Source: Octopus sinensis (taxonomy: Eukaryota). From it: DNA of 64,000 nt. Of this stretch, positions 27,544 to 40,793 are shown one piece after another. A program made the translations under genes and the position numbers. Numbering within the stretch: position 1 is the stretch's first letter; every line of letters begins with the position of its first letter. The notes beneath the pieces were generated by a model. That model did not search any database. It saw only the letters and a list, made by a program, of their open reading frames with translations, and was not told the origin of the DNA. The stretch spans positions 2,232,001 to 2,296,000 of the forward strand of contig NC_043005.1 in the NCBI RefSeq assembly GCF_006345805.1, given 5' to 3'.

Positions 27544-29045
27544 AAACCTTAAGTTTGACAAGAGTATCAAACCAACAAAAATCCGAAAATTAAAGAAAAA
27601 GTATAATGTGAAAACCATACTTGACATCGAAACCACCATAGAAACCATCAAGCAAAAGGTATGTGCTAAAGCTGTCCGCATAGCAAGCTATGAAAAACGC
27701 GTTAAGTTCTTGAAGGACAACAAAATGCTCAAAAATAAACCCAAAACATTTTACAGGAAAGATACCAGTTACAGTAAAGTGTGTCTCATCAAAAGAAGTG
27801 CAGGAAATCTGGGCAGAAGAAAAAGCGAACAATAAAAAGGCCCCTTGGATTGATCGAATATCTACTGACTTAGACCCCTTAGAAGAGCAAAAATGGGAGG
27901 GTATCAAGGTAGAGGATGTAAGATCTGCTTTCTGGATTTCAAGCAAATGGAAGTCTCCAGGAAAGGATAAAATTACTAACTTTTGAAATTACTAACTTCT
28001 GGCTGAATTCCTTCCCAGAGAATGCTCCACCCTAAGGCAGATAAAGAACGACTTTATTTGCCAAGAAAAGAGTATCGCCTTGACATTTTACAATTGGAAT
28101 TAACAATAAAGGTTGCCACAATTGGCTTAAACACCTACCTGAAAAACTCTGAGGACTAGATGTTAAAACTTGTCTCAAAACATGAAAACTAGAAAGCATT
28201 ATACTCAGTAGCAAAACAGGCAAAGGAATATCTAAGTGAATTCCAAATACAGCAAATCTCAGAATTAGACATACAAGAAACAAGCACAGAAAAAGCTAAG
28301 CTTATGAAAACCCGTGCTAAAACTACTGCCTTGGATATTCTGAATGATAAATGACAAGGAAAATCTTTCAATGACAAATAACCAGAGAGCTAATGATACC
28401 GATGTTGACAAATACCTTACGCATCAGTGGTTAGTGTCTTCTGGCTTAAAATTAGAGAAAGAAGGATTTATCATAGAAGCTCAAGATCAATGCCTACCAA
28501 CAAGGAACTATCTGGCCAACAAATTAATGAACGACAATAGCCCAACATGTCGTGTATGTCAACAACAAAATGAAACCATTGATCATGTAGTCTCCATGTG
28601 CAGTCTTCCAGCGCCTACTGAGTATCTCAACAGGCACGATGGAGCTGCCCAATATATTCACTGTGTAATTTGCAAAAACCTGGATCAGTCCCATGATAAA
28701 AACTAGTGGGAACACAAACCACCTCCAGTGCTTGAAAATGACCACATCTCACTCCTCTGGAACTTCACCATTCAAACTGACAGAAAGATAGATGCAAATA
28801 GGCCAGACATTATATTGAAAGACCTCAGACAAAAATCATACCTCCTCATTGATATGACTGTCCCAATTGATATAAACGTATCTGTCGAGACCTACCAAAA
28901 ACTGAGCAAATATAAAGATCTTGAAATAGAAATCAGCAAAATATGGAACCTGAAGACTAAAATAATACCTGTTGTCATAGGTTCCCTAGGAACTATAGCA
29001 AAAGGAGGTGATTGCTCAGATACAAGGGAAACTAAAATTAGCAGA
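27544..29045 (+). mobile_element. Dong/R4-like lineage C, internally deleted copy
   Basis: Matches 36828-40718; RT core deleted near 28022; RLE ORFs 28344-28706 and 28728-29078. Confidence 0.88.
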
Positions 29046-29101
29046 AATTCAGAATATAAATATAAAACTACTGAATAATAATAATAATAATAATAATAAT
29101 G

Positions 29102-29143
<42 letters not shown>

Positions 29144-29199
29144 TAATAATAATATAATAATAATTTGAAATAAAATTGTCGAGCTCCTACATTGGAATA

Positions 29200-29430
29200 G
29201 AATGCTCGGTAGAGTTCCTACAGAAAGTTTGTATCTCAAACTGTTAGCACCCCACCCCCCATTCCCGGTGGCACTGCCAGGATAAATACATCTGGAAATA
29301 GTTCCCGAGCGGAAAGTCGTCCGAACAGATAGCTAGTTGGTGCTCGTGGGCGCCCAGAGTCTACCGGCGGATGTCATCGCACTTCCCCGCTACTAATCCT
29401 CTATAAATTTCTAAAGCAGAGCAGAAGAGA
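29200..29430 (-). mobile_element. Tx1/L1-like remnant at the centre of the Dong array
   Basis: SALEIYRGLVAGKCDD and FQMYLSWQCH align to STLDFYRGLVVEKFGG and FQKFLIWQCY at 3965-4130. Confidence 0.6.
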
Positions 29431-29496
29431 AAGAATATTATTATAATTATAATTATAATAATAATAATAATAATAATTATTATTATTATTATTATA

Positions 29497-29559
<63 letters not shown>

Positions 29560-30405
29560 TTGTAACACAATGTAGGTAAAAATGCACCGGAGTCTTTAGT
29601 CATCTGTCAAGTCACAACAAGGACCTCAGACAGATAATAGTTTCTTTAAGATGTGCGCTGTGCCCAATAAGGCTGCTTTTTGCAAGACATAATCTTGCGA
29701 GGTATTTCCAGTTGCCTTAAGAAGTCTTGAGGTTTCCATGGGATTGATCCCAACGCTCCGATCAGCACTGGTATCGCTGTTACATTACACTATCGCATTC
29801 CATACAGTCTTGCCATTTCCACTTTCAATTCGCTTTTGAAGGCAATATTTTTCTGACTCACTGCAGATACTCTGTTTTTCGGGGTTTTTTTTTGTCTTTT
29901 CCTTCATGTTGTTGCGTTTCATTCCATCTGCCTCAAGTATTTCCAGGTATTTACCGCTGGATTGAGGTTGGATTGCCTTCATCATTTCACCGCTTGGCAA
30001 ACCTATACCTTCTGTCCTGACAATTCTGCTTCAGTTTTGGGGATAGCTTCAAGACATCCATGAATACATCTTCCCAGATTATACCCCAACATTGTTTTCT
30101 GTAGTATTTCACTCAAGAGTATCACTCCCAGAGCGAAAACAGTGGGGACACACGGCACCTCTGGAAGATTCCTCTCTTCATTTTCACTTCTCCTAATACT
30201 TGATTTCCTGCTATCAATTCCGTTCATGCTATTTATGGCCTTCAAGCTATTCCATATATGGCTTCTCATTTTCGGTTAGTCCACACATTTCTATTGTTCT
30301 TATTATCCAGGAGTGTGGTATCATACCGTATGCTTTACGATAGAGAACCCATCCTCTGCTCTGGATTGTGTCTTCTCTTGCAGTTCTTGATAATTACATT
30401 ATCAA
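29560..30405 (-). mobile_element. Dong/R4-like lineage D, internally deleted
   Basis: RT fragments (KAYGMIPHSWII; LLSEILQKT..GY; KYLEILEADG), AALLGTAHILK, and the same 3' UTR (tctgaggtccttgttgtgacttgac) as 57423-57447. Confidence 0.8.
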
Positions 30406-30646
30406 TTCAGAGCTGATCCTACGTTCCCCGGCTCCCCTTTCCTACCCTTTCTCTTTAATAGGTAGCGGCACAATTTTTTCTAAGTACTTATACAGCTCAA
30501 CAGCTATTACTATTATTATTATTATTATTATTATTATTGTTGTTGTTGTTTTTATTATTATTATTATTATTATCATTATTATTATTATTATTATTATTAT
30601 CATCATCATCATCGTTATTATTATTATTATTATTATATTATTATTA

Positions 30647-30680
<34 letters not shown>

Positions 30681-30683
<3 letters not shown>

Positions 30684-33600
30684 TAGTTTTATTTTTATAG
30701 CGTGCTTTCACTTCACTACCGAGCGCAGCTCTATGTGCCTTGGGTATGTGCTGTGATTTGTTGTGATGCTCTGATGGTTATTGTATGGAAAGTGTTCTGC
30801 GTAGGATGTGTACAGTGCCTAGTAGTGCAATTTTCTGTATGTTATATGTGTTTGTAAGTCCTGGTGTTTTTGTTATGTATTTGTCTGAATATTTTTTTAT
30901 CATGCCTAATGCACCTACTATGATAGGAATTGTTTCTGTTTTCAGGTTCCACATTCTAGTTACCTCTATTTCCAGGTCTTTGTATTTTGAGAGTTTCTCC
31001 ATTTCTTTTAGAGACACGTTGTCATCTGCCGGTATTGATACATCAATTAGAAAGCATTTTTTTCTTCATGATCTCTGACAACTATATCTGGTCTGTTGGC
31101 CTTAATTTCTCTATCTGTGTGTATCGGCATATCCCAGAGTATGGTTGCCTTCTCGTTTTCTGTGACCTTTTCTGGTGTGTGCCTATACCATCTTTTTTCT
31201 GTTGTTATTCCATAATGTTGGCATAGCTTCCAATGTATGTAGGTTCCAACTCTGTCATGTCTGTGAATATATTCCTTCTTAGCCTGGACTGGGCAGCTAG
31301 AGATAATATGATTTATTGTTTCTTGTCCATCTCCACATATTCTGCAGTTACTTGTAATATTTCTTTTCATTACATGTTTTTGGTAATTTCTGGTGGGGAG
31401 GCTTTGGTCTTGTGCTGCAATTAAAAATCCCTCTGTTACTGCTTTGAGTCCTGAGCTTCTCAACCATTGCTGGGATTTTTCTTTGTCTATTTCTTTTGCG
31501 TTTAGTTTAGTGCAGTATTACCATGAAGGGGCTTTTCTTGCCATCGTTTTATCATGGCTCGTTGCTGTTCTATTTTTAGTTTGGATTTCATTTGTTTTAT
31601 AGCTTTTGTTGTTTCTTCATCATCTTCTTCTTCTTCTTTGTGTTTATTAGGTGGTATGATTTCTTGTTTGTATTTGTCAGCTTCCTTAAATACTGAGAAC
31701 AGTTTTTTGTTTTGCTCGTGTTTTGCGCTGCTACTGGATCAGTTTTCCTTCCTTCTGAAGTAGGTATTTTTGCAGTAATATGGTGGTTATTTTATAGTAG
31801 TTTTCCAGCTGTATAAAGCCTCTACCACCTTCTATGCGTTGTATATATAGTCTTTCTATGTCAGATTTTGGGTGATGCATCCTAGATCCTGTCAGTATTT
31901 TTCTTGTTTTCCTATCTATTTTGGACAGTTCATTTCGTGTCCAGTTAAGGATATTGTAGCTGTAACTTATAACTGGGACAGCTAAAGTGTTAATACCTAT
32001 TATCTTGTTTTTAGCATTGAGCTCTGTTTTTAGTATTGATCTAACTCGTCTATAATATTCTTTTTTTATTTTCTCTTTCATTTGTGTGTGTTGTGTCTTA
32101 TCTAGTTCATGGATTCCTAAGTATTTGTAAGTTTGGCTTTGGTCTAATTCTTTTATTTCATTGGTTTTATCTAGTGTGATGTTGTTACTCTTAACTAGTT
32201 TTCTCTTTTCATGGTTACTTTGGCGCATTTTTCTAATCCAAATTTCATATCTATTTCTTTGGTAAATCTATGAACTGTTTTAATAGTGTTTCCAGCTGTT
32301 TGTCATTTGCAGCGTATAGTTTTAAGTCATCCATATATAAAAGGTGGCTGATCGTTTTGCCGTAACATTTATATCCGCATCCAGTTCTATTTAGCATATC
32401 AGATAGAGGTGACAGTGCCAAGCAGAAAAGGAGTGGAGAGAGCGTGTCTCCCTGGAATATTCCTCTTCTAATGGGGATGTCTTTGGTTTCCATGAGTCCC
32501 TCTTTTGTTTGGAGGTGTAGCACTGTTTGCCATTTATTCATAGAGTGCTCTATGAATTTTATGATTGTTGGTGCTACTTTGTTAATGGCTAGTGTTTCGA
32601 GGATCCATGTGTGGGGGATGCTATCAAACGCCTTTTTGTAGTCAATCCAGGCCATACTGAGGCCTTTCTTCTTTCTGTGGCTGTCTTCAGTTATGGCTTT
32701 ATTAATCATTAGTTGATCTTTACAGCCATATGAGCCCTTGCGGCATCCTTTCTGCTCTTCTGGGAACAGTTTGTTTTCGTCCAGGTGCTTGTTCAGCCTT
32801 TGCGATATCACTGCAGTAAATGCCTTGAACATAGTAGGGAGGCAGGTTATTGGTCTGTAGTTTTCTGGTTTTGTGTTCATTTGATTTGGGAATTAAGATG
32901 GTTTTCCCCTTCGTGAGCCATTCAGGCATTGTCTCTGGCTCTGCTAGTATGCTGTTAAAGTTTTCAGCCAGCTTTTTGTGCATTCCTGTTAGATATTTCA
33001 ACCAGAAGTTGAGGATCTTGTCATGCCCAGGTGCCTTCCAGTTGCCTAGTTTTTGCAGTGCCTGGGTGAGCTCTTCAGTTGTTATGGGGGTCCAAAGTTG
33101 TTCAGATGCCGAGTTTGTTATTTTCATACTCCTTTTTTTGGCTGTTCGTTCGCCGACCATATTTCTCTCCAGAATTCTTCCAATTCTTCTGCCGTTGGTG
33201 CTGCAGTGACTTCTATTTTATTTTTGCCCAGTTCTTGGTAGAACTTTTTGGGGTCGGAGTTGAACTTTTTGTTCTGTTCAAAGAAGCGTTGGCGTTTCTC
33301 GTACCGGCGGATCCTTTGAGCTTTGGCAAGGATATCTTGCTTCAGCTTTTCTTTTATCTCCGGCAAATCTTTTTCTGTGATGTTATATTTGCGGAGCATT
33401 TTGTTTCTTTTTTGTGCTTAGTAGCGTTGCTTGTTTGCTGATTTCATTAAGAATCGACAGGTCTTTTCTAATTTTTTTTATTTTGTTTTGGATGTTATTT
33501 ATCCACAGGGTTTGTTTGGGTGGTGGTACTCCTGTTTGGGCGGGTTTGGGTGAGTATCCAGCTTCTTTTGTGGCTGCAGTGGCTGCTGCGTATATCAAGT

Positions 33601-34480
33601 CATTTAGTTCAGTGATATCACTTTTTTTTGTTTCAGTGGCTAGTTCAGTGACGGCTAGGTTTATGTTGTTTATAATTGGTGTTGTTATTGCGTTTATTTT
33701 TATTCTTGGGAGGTATGGTCGGTGGTCCATTTTGGGCTCTGTGGTTTTCAGTTCTTTGATTATTTTATTTTTTATATTATCATAATCATTAGGCTCCCCT
33801 TCGTTGTTTACATCGTGTTTGTTGGGAATGTTGCGTTTGTCTTCGTGTTTTACAGTTTCAGTGTTTATATTATTGGGCATTGTTGTGTGGCTTCTATCTA
33901 CATTTTCCTGGTGTATTTTTTCTTTTAAATGTTCTATTTCTATTTCTGATATTTTTTTGGCTTTGAGAATGTATCTTCGTACGTTAGCTAATTTGTTAGG
34001 GTTCATTGCTATATCCAAGTCTATACCTCTATTATTTTCCTTCCATATTTTATATGTATGCGTTGTTGTATTTTCATTGTTTGGGTAGAGTACTGCTGTG
34101 AAGTATGCGTGTAGGATAGAAATGTATTCCTCACGTGTCCATTTACGTCTTTTGGGTTTTAATTGCGGGACATGAGGTACAACGTCCGGCCCATTATTTT
34201 GACGGTCGTCATTTTCGTAGGGTACCGGTCCGTTTATTTCTGTTGTCACATTATTTCGCACGTGTAGTTTTTCGTACATTTTTTGTTGTAGGTTTAATGT
34301 ACGTACCGCTCGATTGTTATTCTTGGGTTGAATAGTATCGGTGGCATTTAATTTCTTCGTAGTTCCTTTGTACATGGTGTTTGAGTTCGGGGATGATCGT
34401 GTTGTTCCACGCATGTTTACATGTGTTGTGTTAGAGGTAGAGATAATATCGAGTCAAAATACATCATTTCGTTTCGAAAA
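30681..34480 (-). mobile_element. Dong/R4-like lineage B, near full length and frameshifted
   Basis: Seven consecutive ORF pieces from 34414 to 30778: N-terminal KRRKWTREE..NKLANVRRYI, RT, zinc knuckle, PD..D..K RLE; (TAA)n tail. Confidence 0.93.
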
Positions 34481-34688
34481 TAGTAATAAATTTCAATTCG
34501 TATTACTTACTCGGATATAGTCCAATTCTTTGGCTCCATAGGGTGTCCTTGTTTTCGATGTTTGTGGATAGATTTCGGAGCTCTGTATTTTCCTTCTTAC
34601 ATCTTAAACGTCCCTATTATTATTATTATTATTATTATTATATTATTATTATTATTATTATTTTATTATTATTATTATTATTATTATA

Positions 34689-34724
<36 letters not shown>

Positions 34725-34839
34725 TATTATTATTATTATTATTATTATCATTATTATTATTATTAATATTATTATTATATATTATTATTATATTATTATT
34801 ATTATCATTATTATTATTATATTATTATTATATTATTAT

Positions 34840-34940
34840 TTTCTCTTTCTCACAGGTTTTACTGGAGCCCCTGGAGTCTTACATGCGTAGCGGGCTTGTT
34901 ACCTGCAGCCTACGGTACCACTCTGTTCGTTCTTTCAGCT
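34840..34940 (-). mobile_element. Unidentified ~100-nt TAA-tailed fragment (possible LINE 3' end)
   Basis: Minus frame LKERTEWYRRLQVTSPLRM* then (TAA)n. Confidence 0.35.
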
Positions 34941-34978
34941 AATATTGTATCTCATAATAATATATTATTATTATTACT

Positions 34979-35942
34979 CAGTAGTTTTATTTTTATATCG
35001 TGCTTTCACTTCACCACCGAGCGCAGCTCTGTGTGCCTTAGGTATGTGCTGTGACTTGTTTGATGCTCTGATGGTTATTGTATGGAAAGTGTTCTGCGTA
35101 GGATGTGTACAGTGCCTAGTAGTGCAATTTTCTGTATGTTATATGTGTTTGTAAGTCCTGGTGTTTTTGTTATGTATTTGTCTGAATATTTTTTTATCAT
35201 GCCTAATGCACCTACTATGATAGGAATTGTTTCTGTTTTTAGATTCCACATTCTGGTTACCTCTATTTCCAGGTCTTTGTATTTTGAAAGTTTCTCCATT
35301 TCTTTTAGTGACACGTCATCTGCCGGTATTGATACATCAATTAGAATGCATTTTTTTCTTCGTGATCTCTGACAACTATATCTGGTCTGTTGGCCTTAAT
35401 TTCTCTATTTGTGTGTATTGGCATATCCCACAGTATGGCTGCTTTCTCGTTTTCTGTGAGCTTTTCGGGCGTGTGCCTATACCATCTTTTTTCTGTTGTT
35501 ATTCCATAATGTTGGCATAGCTTCCAGTGTATGTATGTCCCAACCCTGTCATGTCTGTGAATATATTCCATCTTAGCCTGGACTGGGAAGCCAGAGACAA
35601 TAGGATTTATTGTTTCTTGTCCATCTCCACATATTCTGCAGTTACTTGTTACATTTCTTTTCATTACATGTTTTTGGTAATTTCTGGTGGGGAGGCTTTG
35701 GTCTTGTGCTGCAATTGAAAATCCCTCTGTCTCTGCTTTGAGTCCTGAGCTTCTCAACCATTGCTGGGATTTTTCTTTGTCTATTTCTTTTGCATTTAGT
35801 TTAGTCCAGTATTTGCCATGAAGGGGCTTTTCTTGCTATCGCTTTATCATGGTCCGTTGCTGTTCTATTTTTAGTTTGGATTTCATTTGTTTTATAGCTT
35901 TTGTTGTGTTTTCTTCTTCTTCTTCTTCTTCTTCTTCTTCTT

Positions 35943-35973
<31 letters not shown>

Positions 35974-36714
35974 TTTGTTAAGTGGTATGATTTCTTGTCT
36001 GTATGTGTCAGCTTCCTTAAATACTGAGAACAGTTTTTTGCTTTGCTCGGGTTTTGCCGCTATTTGTATCAGTTTTCCGTGCTTCTGAAATAGATATTTT
36101 TGCAGTCCCATGGTGGTTATTTTATCATAATTTTCCAGCTGTATAAGGCCTCTACCACCTTCTATACGTTGTATATATAGCCTTTCTATGTCAGATTTTG
36201 GGCGGTACATCCTAGATCCTGTCATTATTTTTCTTGTTTTCCTATCTATTTTGTTCAGTTCATTTAGTGTCCAGTTAAGGACATTGTAGCTGTAACTTAT
36301 AACTGGGACGGCTAAAGTGTTTATACCTATTATCTTGCATTTAGAATTGAGCACTGTTTTCAGTATTGATCTAACTCGTCTATAATATTCTTTTTTTATT
36401 TTCTCTTTCATTTGTGTGTTGTGTCTTATCTAGTTCATGGCTTCCTAAATATTCGTATGTCTGGCTTTGGCCTAATTCTCTTATTTCATTGTCTTTATCT
36501 AGTGTGATGTTGCTACTCTTAACTAGTTTTCCTCTTTTCATGGTTACTTTGGCGCTTTTTTCTAATCCAAATTTCATATCTATTTCTTTGGTAAATCTAT
36601 GAACTGTCTTTAGTAGTGTTTCCAGCTGTTTATCATTTGTAGCGTATAGTTTTAGGTCATCCATATATAAATGGTGGCTGATTGTTTTGCTGTAACGTTT
36701 TTACCCGCACCCAT
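34979..36714 (-). mobile_element. Dong/R4-like lineage B, 5'-truncated
   Basis: ORFs 36380-36664 (MDDLKL), 35971-36411, 35341-35757 and 35075-35314. Confidence 0.92.
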
Positions 36715-36744
36715 TTCTTCTTCTTCTTCTTCTTCTTCTTCTCC

Positions 36745-36827
<83 letters not shown>

Positions 36828-39800
36828 TTTATTTCATGTTTGACTTTAGCTTTATATTTGTACAAATTGGCTCCAAGTTTCACCCAGAGACCTCAAGAGA
36901 CAACAGGTTTTGTATTTTGCATAGGATATGAGCGGTTCCCATGAGCACTATCTTTTGAACTTCTGCCATTTTTGGGTTTCCTGGTATCTGAGTTAGGTAG
37001 CTATCAGCCCCTTTTGCTATCATTCCCAGGGCACCTATGACAACAGGTATCGTTTTAGTCTTCAGCTTCCACATTTTGCTGATTTCTATTTCAAGATCTT
37101 TATATTTGCTCAGTTTTTGGTAGGTCTTGACAGATACGTTTATATCGATTGGGACAGTCATATCAATGAGGAGGCATGTTCTTTGTCTGAAGTCTTTCAA
37201 TATGATGTCTGGCCTATTTGCATCTATCTTCCTGTCAGTTTGAATGGTGAAGTTCCAGAGGAGTGAGATGTGGTCATTTTCAAGCACTGGGGGTGGATTG
37301 TGTTCCCACCAGTTTTTTTCATGGGGCAAATCCAGGTTTTTGCAAATTACCCAGTGAATATATTCTGCAGCTCCATCATGCCTGTTCAGATACTCTGTAG
37401 GAGCTAGAAGGCTGCACATGGAGACAACATGATCAATGGTTTCATTTTGTTGTTGATATACACGACATGTTGGGCTACTGCCGTTCTTTAATATGTTGGC
37501 CTGATAGTTCCTTGTTGGTAGGCATTGATCTTGAGCTGCTATGATAAACCCTTCTGTTTCGGATTTTAAGCCAGAGGCCATTAGCCATTTATGGGTCAGG
37601 ACTTTGTCAACATCTGCATTATTCACTCTCTTTGGGTATTTGCCATAGAGAGGTTTTTCTTGCTATTTATCATTCAGAATATCTAAGGCTGCAGTTTTAG
37701 CACGGGTTTTTATACGCTTAGCTTTTTCTGTGCTTGTTTCTTGTATGTCAAATTCCGAAATTTGTTGTATTCGGAATTCACTTAGATATTCCTTTGCCTG
37801 TTTTGTTACTGAGTATGATGCTTTCTCGTATTCATGTTTTGAGACAAGTTTTAACATCCAGTCCTCAGAGTTTTTCAGGTAGGTGTCTAGGCAAATTGTA
37901 GCAATCTTCATTGTTATTGCCAGTTGTAAAAGTCCACGGCCACCCTCTCTTCTTGGCAGATAAAGTCGTTCTGTATCTGCCTTAGGGTGGTGCATTCTAT
38001 GCATTGTCAACAGTCTTCGTATTTTTCTGTCAAGATTACATATTTCAGTAATTGACCAGTTAACGATATTGAAACTGTAAGTCACGACTGCTATGGCTAA
38101 AGCATTGATCTCTTCGATCCTGTTTCTCGCATTCAGCTCTGTCTTGAGTATTGCTCTTACTCTGCGATAACATTCTCTCCTGATCCTTTCCCTCATCACT
38201 GAATGCCTTATTCCGACCCCTTCAATTACCCCTAGGTACTTGTAGCTCTCCGCTTTGTCTAATTCTTTTATGACATTCTGCTGGTCAAGGTTAACGTTAG
38301 ATGTTTCTGTCATTTTTCCTTTGATAAAGGTAGCTTTTGCGCACTTATCGAGGCCAAATTGCATTCTGATGTCGTCACTGAATTGTTTAACAATCACTAG
38401 TAAGCCCTTGAGTTGTTGGTCATTTCTTGCAAAGCGCTTTAAATCATCCATGTAAATGAGATGATTTATATTTTTATCAAACATTTTATATCCGTACTGC
38501 ACGTCATTGAGCAATTTTGAGAGAGGTATTAAGGCTAAACAAAAGAGGAGTGGTGATAGTGAGTCACCCTGGAAAATGCCACATGAAATCTTTGTATCAG
38601 CAGCATTTAGAGATTCATTGTCACTGTTCAAAGTTAGTGTGGTTCTCCATGATCTCATACTTACAGACAAAAAGTTTCGCAGAGTAGGTGCTATTTTGTA
38701 CATTTCTAGGCATTTCTTTATCCAGCTATGTGTTAGGCTATCAAACGCCTTTTTATAGTCGATCCAGGCTATTGACAAGTTTTTGTGTCGTTTGTGACGA
38801 TCTTCTAAGATCATTATATTGATGAGTAGTTGATCTTTACAACCATAGGATCCACATTTACATCAGGACAGGTGTTAGCGTTTTATACATAGTTGTTAAG
38901 CAGGTTATGGGTCTATAGTTTTTTGGTTCATTTGTTTCTTCACTTTTTGGAAGCAGGAATGTTAACCCATTAACTAGCCAAGGAGGTATCCTACTAGGGT
39001 GTTGCAAAGCATCATTGTAAAGTTCTGTTAGCAGTTCATGGCTCTCTGGGAAGGCATTCAACCAGAAGTTAGGAATTTTATCCTTTCCTGGAGACTTCCA
39101 TTTGCTTGACCTCCTGAGAGCAGATCTTACATCTACCTTGACACCCTCCCACTTTTGCTCTTCTAAGGAGTCCATTCTGTAGATATTCTATCAATCCAGG
39201 GGGCCTTTTCGTTGTGTGTTTTTTCTTCTGCCCAAATTTTATTCCAAAATCCCTGCACTTCTTTTGATGGTACAGACTTTACAGTAACTGGTGTTTTGCC
39301 TATCTTCCTGTAAAAGTTTTTGGGGTTATTTTTGAGCATGTTGTCCTTGAAGAATCTAACACGTTTTTCATACCTCGCTATACGGGCAGCTTTAGCAGAT
39401 ACCTTTTGCTTGATAGTTTCTATGGTGGCATCAATTTCAAGTATAGTTTTCATATTATATTTTTTCATTAATTTTTTGGTTTTTGTAGGTTTGGGAGTCT
39501 TGTGAACCTTAAGGCTTTTCAAATATTCAATGTCAGAATTAAATAGTTTAATTTGTTGTTGCAAACGCTCTTGCCAAGAAGGCTTTTTGTGGGAATTTTG
39601 CCGTTTTCTAATCTTTTCACCACATAGGATCGTTGAGATTTTCGCGGATGCATAGTAGAGGTGGTTGAGGTTTGTGATATCAACATCATTAGCTGAAATT
39701 ATATCCTTAAGTGCAAGCCGGATTTTACCAATTATTTTCATGTTTTGGTTAGAGTTGCAGATTTTAGGGAGTGTATTGCGTTCATCCATTCTGGTTTCTT

Positions 39801-40718
39801 TAATTTTCAGCCATTCAATCATGATTTGATTTTTTAGCTCATGTAGTTCTGTTGGGTCAATATTTGTCCGAATTTCTTCATCTATTTGATGTTCATCTGT
39901 CTTAGTGTTTATGATTGGTTCAGGGAGTATTTCACTTTGCCTATCACTTATACTAGCTCTTTCAATCCTTACTGCGTTTTTATCAGCCCTCGGCTGGTCT
40001 ATAATTATTTCCTCCGTATTATCTTCTTTAACTGCAGCTTCGTTCATTTTATCCGTTACTGCTTGTCTAATTTGGTCAATCTCTACTTCAGTCAGTAATT
40101 TTTTTTTATAATGTATCTTCTGACGTTGGCAAGTTTGTTACTGTCTATGTAGGGTCTTGCTTCAGGGTGTTTCTGTCTCCAGTTTAAGTATGTTTGTACA
40201 GTGTTAGATTTATCTGTGGGGAAATATATGGCATGGTAGAAGGCCTCAAGAACTTCTTTATTATCTTCCCTAGACCATTTCTCCTTCTTTTTCTTTTGAT
40301 TATTTGGTGATGAGCATGGATGGCCATCTGTTGGAATATTCCGGTTGTGGGGTACGTCCAGCTCCAGTGTGTTGGGAAGATTTGATCCAGTAACTGATTT
40401 TTCAATCAGAATTTGGTTCAATTTTCGGGTACGTGGTCTTTTGTAGTGCGCTCGTCGACCATCGCGGATTGTAGGTTGTTTTGTTGACATTGAAGCATGA
40501 CGAGCTTCGACTCTTACATTAGGAGACGGATCTGTCAGTTTAGAGTTTTCTGTACGTAAACATTGTTCGTAGCGCATCTTCTTAAGGCTAGCAGATCTGT
40601 ATTCGTCTGTATTTTTTTTGTTGATAGATTTATCTCTGAACATAGTTTTTTTCGTGGTGTTTTTTTTAACTTATGAAAGGTTCACTCTGCCTGTGTTAGT
40701 TCGTAAAAATGAGAAGCC
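36828..40718 (-). mobile_element. Dong/R4-like lineage C, apparently full length and frameshifted
   Basis: ORFs 40092-40643 (KWSREDN..NKLANVRRYI), 39163-40047, 38858-39175, 37663-38814 (WIDYKKAFDS, GIFQGDSLSPLLF, YMDDLK) and 36880-37626 (CRVY..H..C, RPDII..IDMTVP..KLSKYKDL); TAA tracts at both ends. Confidence 0.93.
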
Positions 40719-40732
40719 TATTATTATTATTA

Positions 40733-40793
<61 letters not shown>

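Noticed and set aside
40650-40718. HDV-like ribozyme at the 5' end of full-length lineage C
   Set aside because: No P1 partner for GGCUUCU found by eye; a covariance search would be needed.
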